Shown here in pieces: positions 22,457 through 34,199 of a stretch of DNA of 64,000 bases. Position 1 is the stretch's first letter. Each line of letters opens with the position of its first letter. Source of the DNA: Leptospiraceae bacterium (GTDB lineage Bacteria > Spirochaetota > Leptospiria > Leptospirales > Leptonemataceae); assembly GCA_040217195.1 (NCBI GenBank), contig JAVJNR010000009.1, forward strand, positions 160,001 to 224,000, read 5' to 3'. The notes under the pieces are model-generated. The model had not been told where the DNA came from and made no database searches. It was given only the letters and a program-made list of their open reading frames with translations. The translations under genes and the position numbers were made by a program.

Positions 22457-23336
22457 GTACATTGTTACACACATATCCAGGTACGACTATGAGCAGACGG
22501 TATCACTGTGCCAGAATCTTGCTTTGATGGAACCTCAGGACAGCAAGATCCAGACTGTTCGAAGTTTTACGCTGCAATGCGAACCTGTTCCTGCCGTTCA
22601 CGATAGAAGGAAGGATTATTTCGGAAATGCTGTGCATTACTTTTCCATTGAGCAGCCCCATTCCCACGTTCAATTTGTGAGCACTACAGACCTGTTTACG
22701 GAAGATCCGAAACCTCTGGATCTGTCGGGCACTCCTCCGTATGAGCAGGTAAGAGATCAAATCCGCAGAGCCCTGCAGCCGGAGGAGCTGGAAATTGTTC
22801 AGTATACTCTTCCGTCCCGATTCGTACCCACCGGACCGGAATATGCAGAGCTGGCCGCCCAGGATTTCAGCCCGGGTCGACCATTTGCAGAGGCTGCACT
22901 TTCTCTCACTCGTCGAATCTACCGGGAATTCAAATACGATTCTGGAGCAACGACCATTCTAACTCCCCTGCAAGAAGTTCTCGAGATTCGCAGGGGAGTC
23001 TGTCAGGACTTCAGCCATATATTTCTGGCCGCACTACGAAGCCTGGGCCTGCCCTGCCGCTATGTTAGCGGCTACATTGAAACTTACCCACCACCGGGGC
23101 AGCCCAGGCTCCAGGGGGCCGATGCCAGCCATGCCTGGGTTTCAATCTATTTGCCGGGACAGGGATGGATGGATCTGGATCCTACAAATGGAAAGCTACG
23201 CACCCATGAATACATTCAGGCTGCTGTGGGAAGGGATTACCAGGATGTTAGCCCGCTTCGAGGAGTTCTCTTTGGCGGGGGCAAGCATAAGGTTCATGTA
23301 TCGGTGGATGTTAAGCGAAAAGAAGGTATAGCCTGA
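22449..23336 (+). CDS. Transglutaminase family protein
   Basis: GVCQDFSH, RYVSGY, SHAWV, LDPTN, GRDYQDVSP. Confidence 0.93.
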   Translation: MPEYIVTHISRYDYEQTVSLCQNLALMEPQDSKIQTVRSFTLQCEPVPAVHDRRKDYFGNAVHYFSIEQPHSHVQFVSTTDLFTEDPKPLDLSGTPPYEQVRDQIRRALQPEELEIVQYTLPSRFVPTGPEYAELAAQDFSPGRPFAEAALSLTRRIYREFKYDSGATTILTPLQEVLEIRRGVCQDFSHIFLAALRSLGLPCRYVSGYIETYPPPGQPRLQGADASHAWVSIYLPGQGWMDLDPTNGKLRTHEYIQAAVGRDYQDVSPLRGVLFGGGKHKVHVSVDVKRKEGIA

Positions 23337-23418
23337 TTGATAGCTAAAACCGGGAAGGCTTACACTGTTTACACAGGTCAGTTCGCCCCTCTATGGCCTG
23401 ACAAGATCGCTTGTGACT

Positions 23419-23862
23419 TTACCGCGGCTCCTGCAGCATAAAAGTAACCGGTCCATCGTTAATCAAATGGACTTTCATATCTGCACCAAATTCCCCTTTC
23501 TTTACAGAGATCCCATCTTCAGCCAGATAGCTACAGAATTGATCGTATAGTTGCCTGGCTTTACCCGGAGCCGCAGCGGGACCAAAGGAAGGTCGATTTC
23601 CACGAGACAAATCGGCACAAAGGGTAAACTGTGAAACCACCAGGATGGCCCCGCCAGACTCCTGGACCGAAAGATTCATCTTACCCTGACTGTCTTCAAA
23701 GATACGGAATCTGCCTATACGACCGGCCAGCGCCTTTGCATGTTCCAGGGAATCTTCCTGAACAGCTCCCAGAAAAATCAGCATCCCCGGGCCAATGGAT
23801 GAAATGACTGCACCATTCACTTTGACGCTGGATTCCAGAACCCTCTGAATCAATGCATACAT
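23419..23862 (-). CDS. dtd: D-aminoacyl-tRNA deacylase
   Basis: ALIQRV, SQFTL, GNRPSF, NDGPVT; ATG at 23862. Confidence 0.96.
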   Translation of the reverse strand: MYALIQRVLESSVKVNGAVISSIGPGMLIFLGAVQEDSLEHAKALAGRIGRFRIFEDSQGKMNLSVQESGGAILVVSQFTLCADLSRGNRPSFGPAAAPGKARQLYDQFCSYLAEDGISVKKGEFGADMKVHLINDGPVTFMLQEPR

Positions 23863-23872
23863 AGAAAGAAAA

Positions 23873-25054
23873 TCAGGAATGCACAGACTGCAAAAACCGA
23901 TCCGCTTCCGGATCTTCCACACCCAGTTCCCTGGCGGCTCGCAGTTCCTGAAAGGCAGCTTCTTTTTTTCCCATTCTTAAATAGAGCATTCCCATATCAA
24001 ATAGAGCCCGACCCAGGTAAACCCTGGCTCGCTGCAGTTGCTCCACTTCGCTTCCAATTCTTGAAAGCAGAATCTCTTCTTTGAATACCCCGGAACGAAT
24101 AATGCTGTTTACCCGGTCTCGGATATTATCCAGGACCTGCTCCAGCCTGACCGCCTGATCCACTCGATTCAGGCGGTTGGCAAGATCGATATTCTTACTT
24201 ACCAGAGCATCATACTTCTGAGACAGCAGGCTATACTCCTGCTTCAGACTTTCCATTTCCGATGCATCGCCTCTGGTCACAATTGTAGTAGGCGCCGATA
24301 TGATCTGCTCGGCCAGTCGCTGCACTTCCTCTTCCAGAAGATCTGCCCTTGTAGTTTCGCGTTTCAGCTGAGCTCTAAGATCATCCTCTTGCTCCAGAAC
24401 TTCCTCAAGACGCTTTTTTAGATCTGAATCCGGAGTCCTTACATCTCTTACTTTTTCATTGCGAATTTCATGAGTGCCTTCCAGCACATCCTCTCTCTGC
24501 CGCACAAGATCTCTCAACGCGAGAAAGATGGACCATTGAATCTCAGAAGATTCGGCCTTCTTCAAGTTCTTCTCTACAGTAAGCTTATTCTTGAGGGTCT
24601 GAAGTTTCTTATAATGCTTTTCCTTTTCTTTTTCCCTTTCCTGACGCTTTAGCTCGGCTGCAGAAACATTCTTCCCCTTCTTTTCGTTGAGCACTGTACG
24701 GGTGGCTCTTTGCAGGGCAGTACCTTTCTTTTTTTGCCGGGGCCTGAACTGTTTTTGAAATTCATTCAAATAATAACATAAAACCAGGGGATGCTCCGGG
24801 CTGTCTGCATCCGGCCCAGTCCAGTGATGAAAAAGCCCCTGCAGAACCTTAATTCGATCATCCACTTCGACTAAAGGATAGGGGATCTCTTTCTTGCCCT
24901 TCTTGATTAGATAATCGGCAGAAAAATGGCTGGAATAATTATCCGGCCAGAGGATGGCCTCTATGGGCACGGCCTTGCATTGATGCAGGAAATCCTGCTG
25001 CAGGGAACGGTCTTTGTGATAGTCTTCAATTTTTTTCTGGACCCGGGCTGACAT
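23873..25054 (-). CDS. Hypothetical coiled-coil protein with C-terminal TPR-like helix pair
   Basis: 393 aa, K/E-rich heptads; ALFDMGMLYLRMGKKEAAFQEL. Confidence 0.7.
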   Translation of the reverse strand: MSARVQKKIEDYHKDRSLQQDFLHQCKAVPIEAILWPDNYSSHFSADYLIKKGKKEIPYPLVEVDDRIKVLQGLFHHWTGPDADSPEHPLVLCYYLNEFQKQFRPRQKKKGTALQRATRTVLNEKKGKNVSAAELKRQEREKEKEKHYKKLQTLKNKLTVEKNLKKAESSEIQWSIFLALRDLVRQREDVLEGTHEIRNEKVRDVRTPDSDLKKRLEEVLEQEDDLRAQLKRETTRADLLEEEVQRLAEQIISAPTTIVTRGDASEMESLKQEYSLLSQKYDALVSKNIDLANRLNRVDQAVRLEQVLDNIRDRVNSIIRSGVFKEEILLSRIGSEVEQLQRARVYLGRALFDMGMLYLRMGKKEAAFQELRAARELGVEDPEADRFLQSVHS

Positions 25055-25111
25055 AGAATTGCTCCGTTATAAGATCGGAACAGCGGCCGTTTTGCCGCAG
25101 TAAAAACCAAA

Positions 25112-25705
25112 ATGATGCTAACACTGTTTCTAATCGCCATAAACGTACTTGTCACCCTCATTTATATGCAAAAGGAGGAACCCAGAGATTTTCTGTTCTT
25201 TCCGTATCTGGTGGCAAAAGGCCAGGGCATCCGGGGACTAATCTACTCTCAGTTTTCCCATAGCGGATGGAGTCATTTGATCTTCAATATGATCACTCTA
25301 TTCTTTTTCGGAAGGAGCCTGGAAGAAACTGCCCCGGGAGTATTCCTGCTGACCTACTTTTTTGCAGCGGTGGGCGCGGACCTGGCAACAATTCTCATAC
25401 ATTCGAAGAATCCAAATTATGCAAGTCTGGGAGCCAGCGGATCTGTGGCCGGCGTTCTGTTCTGTTCCATTGTATTCTATCCAGCAAATGGAATTATTAT
25501 TTTCCCGCTGCCCATACCGATTCCTGCTCCAATCTTTGCTATTCTTTACATTGCCGGAAGCATCTACATGGCCCGAACCGAGGCAAGAAACGTTAACCAT
25601 GAAGCGCACATCGGCGGCGCCCTGGTGGGTTTTGTAATTGGAGCCCTCTCGGCACCAGGAGGCCTGAGCGGAATAATCGATTACTTTCGAAACTTTATCG
25701 GATAA
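25112..25705 (+). CDS. Rhomboid intramembrane serine protease
   Basis: HLIFNM, GASGS, AHIGG motifs. Confidence 0.93.
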   Translation: MMLTLFLIAINVLVTLIYMQKEEPRDFLFFPYLVAKGQGIRGLIYSQFSHSGWSHLIFNMITLFFFGRSLEETAPGVFLLTYFFAAVGADLATILIHSKNPNYASLGASGSVAGVLFCSIVFYPANGIIIFPLPIPIPAPIFAILYIAGSIYMARTEARNVNHEAHIGGALVGFVIGALSAPGGLSGIIDYFRNFIG

Positions 25706-25852
25706 CAGGCGGCCATCTTCCAACGATTTAACCCAATACATTATCGAACGGACTCACCGATCTGTATACGGGCCTCCCACCTGACCGAAGGTCACACCCG
25801 CACCCGGCCAGATTTCTCCTTGACCCGGCCCCAGGAACTTGCATGATTATTT

Positions 25853-26740
25853 ATGCATTCAACTTTCAGAATAATAACGGTTATTCTCATCTCGCTTGCC
25901 GCCTTCCAATGCAGCGCCAATACGGCGCTCATAGATGCGCTGATTGATGGGCGCGTCCCCGAGGCGCGAAATCTTGCTCAATCCAGCGAAGACTTTGCCC
26001 GGATGGGGGAATGCTTCAATGCGCTGATGGTTGCTTCCGGGATTGGAGACACACAAACGGTTCGCACCCTTCTGAAAAGAGGCATGGACCCAAATACACG
26101 ATCACCGGTCTGCTACCCAAGAGGAGCCACCTCAGCGTCTTCCGGGGAAGGTGGAAAAACGGCTTTAATGTTTGCCGCAAACTCAGATATTGCCCGATTG
26201 CTCCTGGAGGCCGGTGCAGATCCGGACGAAAGGACCACCAGGGGACATACCGCCCTGTACGAAGCACTGTGGTCCAATAATTATGAAGTGGCCATGGTCC
26301 TCATCTCAGGCGGTGCCGATGTAAACGTATTTGATACCTGCGGCGACAATGTTTACCTTAAGCGCATGGCCTGGCAGAAAAAGAAAAACGAATATGGCCC
26401 GAAAGCGCAGAGAATACAACAAATGCTAGTCTCCCGAGGGGCAAAAGATCTGACCTATAACCCCTCCGTAGGTAATCTTGAAGGTTTGCCCGATGATGAG
26501 GTGATTCATACGAGAACGGGTATCAAATACCCTCTGGAGAAGTTCGGACACACCGAAGATTTCTTTCTCAAGTATCCACCTGATTATTATATTACGGATG
26601 TTCCAGAGAGGCTTAACAGATTTCATCCAAGTGAATTCAAATGGGCCTCCACGGGCAACTCTCTACTATACTGGGAAGCTCAGCGAAAAATGAAAAAGAT
26701 CAGGGACAAAGGAGATACTTCCGGCTGCGCTCGGCCCTGA
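25853..26740 (+). CDS. Ankyrin-repeat lipoprotein
   Basis: AFQC lipobox; GKTALMFA, LLEAGADPD, GHTALYEA, GADVN. Confidence 0.85.
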   Translation: MHSTFRIITVILISLAAFQCSANTALIDALIDGRVPEARNLAQSSEDFARMGECFNALMVASGIGDTQTVRTLLKRGMDPNTRSPVCYPRGATSASSGEGGKTALMFAANSDIARLLLEAGADPDERTTRGHTALYEALWSNNYEVAMVLISGGADVNVFDTCGDNVYLKRMAWQKKKNEYGPKAQRIQQMLVSRGAKDLTYNPSVGNLEGLPDDEVIHTRTGIKYPLEKFGHTEDFFLKYPPDYYITDVPERLNRFHPSEFKWASTGNSLLYWEAQRKMKKIRDKGDTSGCARP

Positions 26741-26824
26741 TTCAAACTCCGGGTCTATCCGCACAGTCCGCTCCCGCCTGCACTTGCACAGCATCCGCCG
26801 CTTGACCAACCGGCCACCACATAT

Positions 26825-26864
26825 AAAAAAAGCCGGCTCCTTACTCAGAAGCCGGCAGTTTGTT
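26825..26864. terminator. Bidirectional intrinsic terminator between ankyrin gene and metH
   Basis: A8-gccggct...agccggc followed by a T-rich tract. Confidence 0.65.
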
Positions 26865-26915
26865 TTAGAACCCTGAACCAGCCAGGTCCAGGATTCCTGT
26901 CTTAGCAGAGAATCG

Positions 26916-29900
26916 TTATCGATCGTAGGCCAGGTTTGGTCCCAGCCATTTTTCCATTTCATCCAATGGCATGTCTTTTCGTTTTGCGTAGTCCTCTAAC
27001 TGGTCTTTGTTTAATTTACCCAGATTAAAATACTCCGCATCCGGATGCGAGAAGTACAGTCCGCTTACGCTGGCAGCGGGCATCATGGCCAGGCTCTCGG
27101 TAAGCTGAACACTGGCATCCTCGGTAGCATTCAAAATCCTGAACAGATCTAGCTTTTCCGTATGGTCTGGTTGAGCCGGATAACCTGGTGCCGGTCGAAT
27201 TCCCTGGTATTTCTCTTTTACCAGCTCTTCATTGGACAGGCTCTCTCCAGAACCAAAGCCCCAGATTTCCTTTCGCACCTTTTCATGAAGGTATTCTGCA
27301 AAGGCTTCCGCCAGACGGTCCGCCATTGCCTTGGAAAGGATGGAATTATAATCGTCCTGATTATCGTCAAATTCCTTAACCAGAGCGTTTAGCCCAAGTC
27401 CAGAAGTGACGACAAAGCCGCCCAGCCAGTCTTTCACGCCAGAGTCTTCGGGAGCTACATAGTCCGCCAGAGACCGGTTGGGCTGCCCGGACCGCTTTTT
27501 CGCCTGCTGACGCAGGCAATGGATTACAGCAAGCTCTTCCTTTCGATCTTCATCTTTATAGAGCTTAATATCTTCTCCGGTAGAATTGGCAGGAAAAATG
27601 CCATATACACCTCGGGGGCGCAGCAGTTCTTCTTTAACAATTCGGTCCAGCAACTCCTTTGCATCATTATGAAGCTTGGTTGCTTCCTCGCCCAGCCGGG
27701 GATCTTTTAAGATATCAGGATACTTTCCGCGCATCTCCCAGGTTAAGAAGAAAGGAGTCCAGTCAATGTAAGGAATCAAATCTTCCACTTTAGGTTCGAT
27801 CTGGAATACTCCGGTCATTTTTGGCTCAAAGGTATTTCCTTCAAACTTCACTTTATGTTTGTTCGCTACAGCCTTTTCGAAGGATAAAATCTCCTTCTCA
27901 TCCTGGCGATTTTTATGAGTTTCCCGCACACCTTCATACTTTTCTCTGATTTGTGCCACAGTCTTATCCCTGTGAGTATCCGAGGCCAGGTTTGCCACCA
28001 TGGGAACGCTCAAGGAAGCATCCAGTACATGGACGGTTGCTCCTGAATAGTGGGGCTCAATCTTCACCGCAGTATGCACTTCACTGGTGGTGGCTCCACC
28101 TATCAATAAAGGAAATTGCATCTTACGCTTTTCCATCTCTCGGGCCACTTCCACCATCTCATCCAGAGAAGGGGTAATCAGCCCGGAAAGACCGATGACA
28201 TCCACCTTTTGCTTTTCTGCTTCATCCAGGATTTTATCCCGGGGCACCATCACTCCCAGGTCAATGACATCATAACCATTACATGCCAGAACCACGCCCA
28301 CAATGTTTTTACCAATATCGTGCACATCGCCCTTAACAGTGGCAAGAAGCACCTTGATGGCTTCCTTTTTGGAACCAGGGTTCTTTCTTTGCTCCTCTTC
28401 CATGTATGGAATTAGATAGGCCACAGCCTTTTTCATAACCCGTGCACTTTTAACAACCTGGGGCAGAAACATCTGACCGGAACCAAATAGCATGCCCACA
28501 TGATTCATTCCATCCATGAGAGGACCTTCGATCACATCCAGAGGCTGATCGAACTTCTGACGGGCTTCTTCTGTATCCTCTTCGATAAACTCTACAATTC
28601 CTTTTACAAGTGCATGACGAATTCGCTCACCCACATCAGCTTCCCGCCAGGCATTCTCTTTTCCTTCATCCTGTTCACCCTCATCCTTGTAGCTTTCTGC
28701 GAAATCCACAAGCTTCTCTCCAGCTTCGGGATCCTTGTTAAGCACCACGGCCTCTACCAGGTCCCGAAGATCCCGGGGAATTTCATCGTAAACATCCAGC
28801 TGGCCCGGATTTACAATACCCATGTCCATACCGGCACGAATTGCATGGTACAGAAACACCGAGTGCATGGCCCGGCGCACCGGTTCATTTCCTCTAAAGG
28901 AAAAGCTCATGTTGGAAACCCCACCGCTCACTCTTGCATGCGGCAGATTCTCTTTGATCCACTTCGTTGCATTGATGAAATCTACGGAGTAATTGTTATG
29001 CTCCTCAATTCCGGTAGCGATAGGGAATATGTTCGGATCAAATATGATATCCTGGGCGGGGAAGCCCACTTCCTCGGTAAGGATTTTATAAGCACGACCA
29101 CAGATCTCGATCATTCGCTCATAGCTATCCGCCTGGCCCTTATCATCAAAAGCCATTACAATGACGCTGGCACCGTAGCGCATGACCTTCCGGGCCTGTT
29201 CTACGAATTGCTCCTTCCCTTCTTTCATGGAGATGGAGTTAACAATGGCTTTACCCTGCACACATCGAAGGCCGGCTTCAATAACACTGAATTTGGAAGA
29301 GTCGATCATGATAGGCACTCGGCAGATGTCCGGTTCTGCACCAATCAGATTCAGGAACTTCACCATGGCAGCCTCGGAATCCAGCATACCCTCATCCATG
29401 TTCACATCAATAACCTGGGCACCGTTTTCCACCTGATCCAGGGCTACAGCCACAGCCTCTTCATAGTTCTCTTCCCGAATCAATCGGGCAAACCTTTTGG
29501 AACCGGTTACATTTGTACGCTCTCCTACGTTCAAAAAGTTGGCCTCCGGTCGAACCACCAGGGGCTCCAGTCCGGAAAGTCTTAAAAAAGGCTCCTGTTT
29601 GGCAGGCTGTCTGGGCTGAATCCCTTCAACGGATTTAGCCATGGCTGCAATATGATCGGGTGTGGTTCCGCAGCATCCTCCAATGATGTTTACCCAGCCT
29701 TCGCTGGCATAGTTGTGGATTTGCTCTCCCATATACTCGGGAGTCTCATCGTATCCACCAAATTCGTTGGGAAGACCTGCATTGGGATAAAGACTAACAC
29801 GGCATCCGGCCACCCGGGAAAGCTCCTGAATAAATGGCTTCATCTGAGCAGAGCCAAGGGCACAATTCAAACCTACACTTAGCAGATGCGGCATATGGGA

Positions 29901-30620
29901 AATGGAAATCCAGAACGCTTCCGTAGTCTGACCAGAAAGGGTTCTACCGCTCTGATCCACAATCGTTCCAGACACCATGGTTGGCAGGGTGTAGCCGATT
30001 CGATCGAATACATTCTCGATGGCAAATAAGGCTGCCTTGGCATTCAAAGTATCAAACACTGTTTCCACCAGAAGGATGTCCACTCCACCTTTGATCAGAC
30101 CCTCTACCTGTTGTTCGTAGGCCAGAACTACTTCCTGGTAGGTTACTGCTCTAAAACCCGGGTCATTTACATCCGGAGATAGAGACAGAGTTTTATTCGT
30201 CGGCCCAATGGCGCCGGCCACAAAGCGAGGTTTGGCAGGATTTTTCTCGGTGTACTTATCCGCTGCCTTGCGAGCCACCCTGGCTCCTTCGATGTTCAAC
30301 TCATCCACCAGGCTTTCCAGGTCATAGTCTGCCTGAGAAATTGTGGTGCAGCTAAAGGTATTTGTTTCTATTATATCCGATCCTGCTTCCAGGAACTCTT
30401 CATGAATTTCCTGGATTAATTCAGGCCTGGTTAAGGTAAGAAGGTCATTGTTGCCTTTCAATTCTCCCGGATAAGCCTTGAATCGATCTCCGCGAAAGTC
30501 TTCTTCTTCCAGCTTGTGCTTCTGAATCATGGTACCCATGGCACCATCGAGCACCAGGATGCGCTTTTCCAGCTGCTCATAGAGTAACCTGGTTCTATCC
30601 TTTGTTTCTGTCTGACTCAT
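26916..30620 (-). CDS. metH: B12-dependent methionine synthase
   Basis: [43 protein letters not shown]; 1234 aa. Confidence 0.98.
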   Translation of the reverse strand: MSQTETKDRTRLLYEQLEKRILVLDGAMGTMIQKHKLEEEDFRGDRFKAYPGELKGNNDLLTLTRPELIQEIHEEFLEAGSDIIETNTFSCTTISQADYDLESLVDELNIEGARVARKAADKYTEKNPAKPRFVAGAIGPTNKTLSLSPDVNDPGFRAVTYQEVVLAYEQQVEGLIKGGVDILLVETVFDTLNAKAALFAIENVFDRIGYTLPTMVSGTIVDQSGRTLSGQTTEAFWISISHMPHLLSVGLNCALGSAQMKPFIQELSRVAGCRVSLYPNAGLPNEFGGYDETPEYMGEQIHNYASEGWVNIIGGCCGTTPDHIAAMAKSVEGIQPRQPAKQEPFLRLSGLEPLVVRPEANFLNVGERTNVTGSKRFARLIREENYEEAVAVALDQVENGAQVIDVNMDEGMLDSEAAMVKFLNLIGAEPDICRVPIMIDSSKFSVIEAGLRCVQGKAIVNSISMKEGKEQFVEQARKVMRYGASVIVMAFDDKGQADSYERMIEICGRAYKILTEEVGFPAQDIIFDPNIFPIATGIEEHNNYSVDFINATKWIKENLPHARVSGGVSNMSFSFRGNEPVRRAMHSVFLYHAIRAGMDMGIVNPGQLDVYDEIPRDLRDLVEAVVLNKDPEAGEKLVDFAESYKDEGEQDEGKENAWREADVGERIRHALVKGIVEFIEEDTEEARQKFDQPLDVIEGPLMDGMNHVGMLFGSGQMFLPQVVKSARVMKKAVAYLIPYMEEEQRKNPGSKKEAIKVLLATVKGDVHDIGKNIVGVVLACNGYDVIDLGVMVPRDKILDEAEKQKVDVIGLSGLITPSLDEMVEVAREMEKRKMQFPLLIGGATTSEVHTAVKIEPHYSGATVHVLDASLSVPMVANLASDTHRDKTVAQIREKYEGVRETHKNRQDEKEILSFEKAVANKHKVKFEGNTFEPKMTGVFQIEPKVEDLIPYIDWTPFFLTWEMRGKYPDILKDPRLGEEATKLHNDAKELLDRIVKEELLRPRGVYGIFPANSTGEDIKLYKDEDRKEELAVIHCLRQQAKKRSGQPNRSLADYVAPEDSGVKDWLGGFVVTSGLGLNALVKEFDDNQDDYNSILSKAMADRLAEAFAEYLHEKVRKEIWGFGSGESLSNEELVKEKYQGIRPAPGYPAQPDHTEKLDLFRILNATEDASVQLTESLAMMPAASVSGLYFSHPDAEYFNLGKLNKDQLEDYAKRKDMPLDEMEKWLGPNLAYDR

Positions 30621-30745
30621 AATGTCTCCTTTTCTCTATGTAATGAAGTCTGCACCGACTTCGAGGCGACCCGGCGGGTCCAATGAGCTCCATTCGAATT
30701 GGTCGAAAGCCCTTGATTTTGAATAATGTATAATTGCAAAAGGCT

Positions 30746-30764
30746 GCCCCGGCCTGGCCGGGGC
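30746..30764 (-). terminator. GC-rich hairpin just after ahcY
   Basis: gccccggc-cag-gccggggc followed by agcctttt on the minus strand. Confidence 0.5.
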
Positions 30765-30773
30765 GCATAGTTT

Positions 30774-32126
<1,353 letters not shown>

Positions 32127-33158
32127 TTAGCCAGAGACAGCACTGGATGCAGTTGGAGCCACATCCCTGTCCCTGGTCTGGTTTTCTTGAGGTTGCTTGC
32201 TGGCTCTGTAAAATAAGCAGGCAAGACTGCCCTCACCCTGACCGGTATGTCGATCATCCACCTGGAAGCCTGCATCGGCTAAATCCTGCTCCAGGGTGTC
32301 CTGTTCGAATCCCAGCCAGAAGTCTGCAAAATTGCTTCGCATCACTTCTTCATTATGATGATCCAGGTCCGCCAGAATCAATAGCCCTCCTGGCTTGAGA
32401 ATCCTGGAGGCCTCCTTTAAAGCTCCCGATGGCTCGGGCACATGATGCAAAACCATAGAAAGAACGGCCACATCCACTTCTTCATTTGCAAGAGGCAGAT
32501 GCTCCATGGAACCCAGACGAAAATCCAGATCCCCTTCTTTTACGTCGCTCAGGGATTTGCGAGCCTCATCGAGCATCGCCTGGCTTTGATCCACCAGTAT
32601 GATACTTCGACCTGGCCCGGCCATAGTCAGAGACAACTCACCGGTACCGCATCCCAGATCCACAATGGAAATCGGGCCATCCGGAAGCATGGATACAACT
32701 TCGCTTCTATAGAAAGGGGCATCCACGTAATCTCTCTGCATTTCATCCTGCAAAGCTCCGTACCGAAAGAAATGATCCAGGGTCTGGCTTTTACGGGCAT
32801 CCAGTACATTGGCCAGGCGGTCGAAATCTCGCAGAGATTCCTCCGGCAACCACATTCCCGGCCGCGTGGCGGCCCCTTCTTTCAGCTCGAAGTAGCCAAG
32901 CATCATTTCTAAAGAAGAAAGCAGGTCCGATTGACGAATCTCCGGACTAATACCATAATAAATGCGGGATCCCTCTCTTCGCCCGGCCAGCAATCCAGCA
33001 TCGGCCAGGATCTTAAGATGTCTGGACACCCGGCTCTGCCCCATCTGGAGCACATCCAGGATTTCATTTACATGAAGAGGTCCTTTCAGCAGCAGCCGAA
33101 CGATTCGAAGTCTGGACTCATCGGCCAGAGCTTTCAGGATTTGCACGCCCTCGGACAT
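32127..33158 (-). CDS. sahR: ArsR-HTH plus SAM-binding methyltransferase-domain regulator (SahR)
   Basis: KALADESRLRI...SRHLKIL HTH; VDLGCGTG domain; upstream of ahcY-metH with palindromic operator. Confidence 0.85.
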   Translation of the reverse strand: MSEGVQILKALADESRLRIVRLLLKGPLHVNEILDVLQMGQSRVSRHLKILADAGLLAGRREGSRIYYGISPEIRQSDLLSSLEMMLGYFELKEGAATRPGMWLPEESLRDFDRLANVLDARKSQTLDHFFRYGALQDEMQRDYVDAPFYRSEVVSMLPDGPISIVDLGCGTGELSLTMAGPGRSIILVDQSQAMLDEARKSLSDVKEGDLDFRLGSMEHLPLANEEVDVAVLSMVLHHVPEPSGALKEASRILKPGGLLILADLDHHNEEVMRSNFADFWLGFEQDTLEQDLADAGFQVDDRHTGQGEGSLACLFYRASKQPQENQTRDRDVAPTASSAVSG

Positions 33159-33167
33159 TACATGACC

Positions 33168-33195
33168 ATTATATCAAGATATCTTGATATGTCAA
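33168..33195 (-). promoter_or_regulatory. Sigma70 promoter overlapped by SahR-type operator
   Basis: Minus strand TTGACA-N16-TATAAT; perfect palindrome ATATCAAGATATCTTGATAT at 33171-33190. Confidence 0.88.
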
Positions 33196-33387
33196 CAAAA
33201 AAGAAATCCGCAGCTGCACTTTAAACTAAGGGAAAAAGGAAATTCCGACAAGCAGCAAGCCGCACCACTCTGGCCAATCGATGCTAGAAGAATCAGGCAA
33301 GACCGAAACACAAAGGCTCCATCCAGACTTTCTGGAGGACGGACAGGGAGTTCAGGCCTTCAAAGAAGACCTGTCAGGATAGACTCA

Positions 33388-34011
33388 TCAATTGGATATA
33401 CGAAGGATGTATTTCACGCATCGCAATGCCTGTATCAGGCTTTCATCTTCTCGGCCCTGGTCCCGAACGGAAAGCTCAATCAGATAGGCGGTTAGAGTAT
33501 GGTTTACGCAGATTTTGAGTTCTTCCTGGTTATTCTCAGGATCCCATTTTTTAAACATCCTTTCAATGACACCGGTCATCTCAGGACCATAAAGCTCCGC
33601 ATACTCATCCCGTAGATTGTCTGGAGCAGAATAGATCAAATTTCCCAGCAAATGCAAGGCCCCTCGCCTATCCTTATGGAATTCCATAAACACATTGAAG
33701 ACCTGGATAACATCCTCTGCCAGATCCTTTCCATTTCCGGTTCTGGAATTAATGAAATCCATCATCTCTTTATGCGATGAATTCAAAGCATTGCGAAACA
33801 GATTCTCTTTACTGTCAAAATGATGGTAAATGCTGGGCTGCTTCAACCCGCAGAGGTTGCTGATCTGCCGAATTGATGTACCAAAGTACCCATTCTGTGA
33901 AAAAGCCTTCCGGGCAGCGTCCAGAATCCGCTCCCTTGCAGAACGATCCTCCGTTTCTGCTATTGGCCCTTCTATTTCATTTTCCATTTCTGTTCCGACT
34001 TCTGTTTTCAT
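33388..34011 (-). CDS. TetR/AcrR family regulator
   Basis: RERILDAARKAFSQNGY...SIYHHFDSKENL. Confidence 0.92.
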   Translation of the reverse strand: MKTEVGTEMENEIEGPIAETEDRSARERILDAARKAFSQNGYFGTSIRQISNLCGLKQPSIYHHFDSKENLFRNALNSSHKEMMDFINSRTGNGKDLAEDVIQVFNVFMEFHKDRRGALHLLGNLIYSAPDNLRDEYAELYGPEMTGVIERMFKKWDPENNQEELKICVNHTLTAYLIELSVRDQGREDESLIQALRCVKYILRISN

Positions 34012-34199
34012 GGTTATCTCTCATCTGAACCGTGTTACACTCAGCATGCCTGGCAAACCATTTTCGCAAAAAAGACTTATTGACTACGGGATAAATGTAG
34101 CCACTGAGATTTGATCGCAGAATGACAATCCAAAAGCGACGTTGGAAGGCAGTGAGCCTGCAGATTATCTTCAATAGACAACCAGGAATTTTCGGATTA

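Noticed and set aside
28500..29585. 361-aa + strand ORF (likewise 31146-32216 and 50287-51003)
   Set aside because: Antisense shadows of metH, ahcY and thrS, with no protein-like motifs
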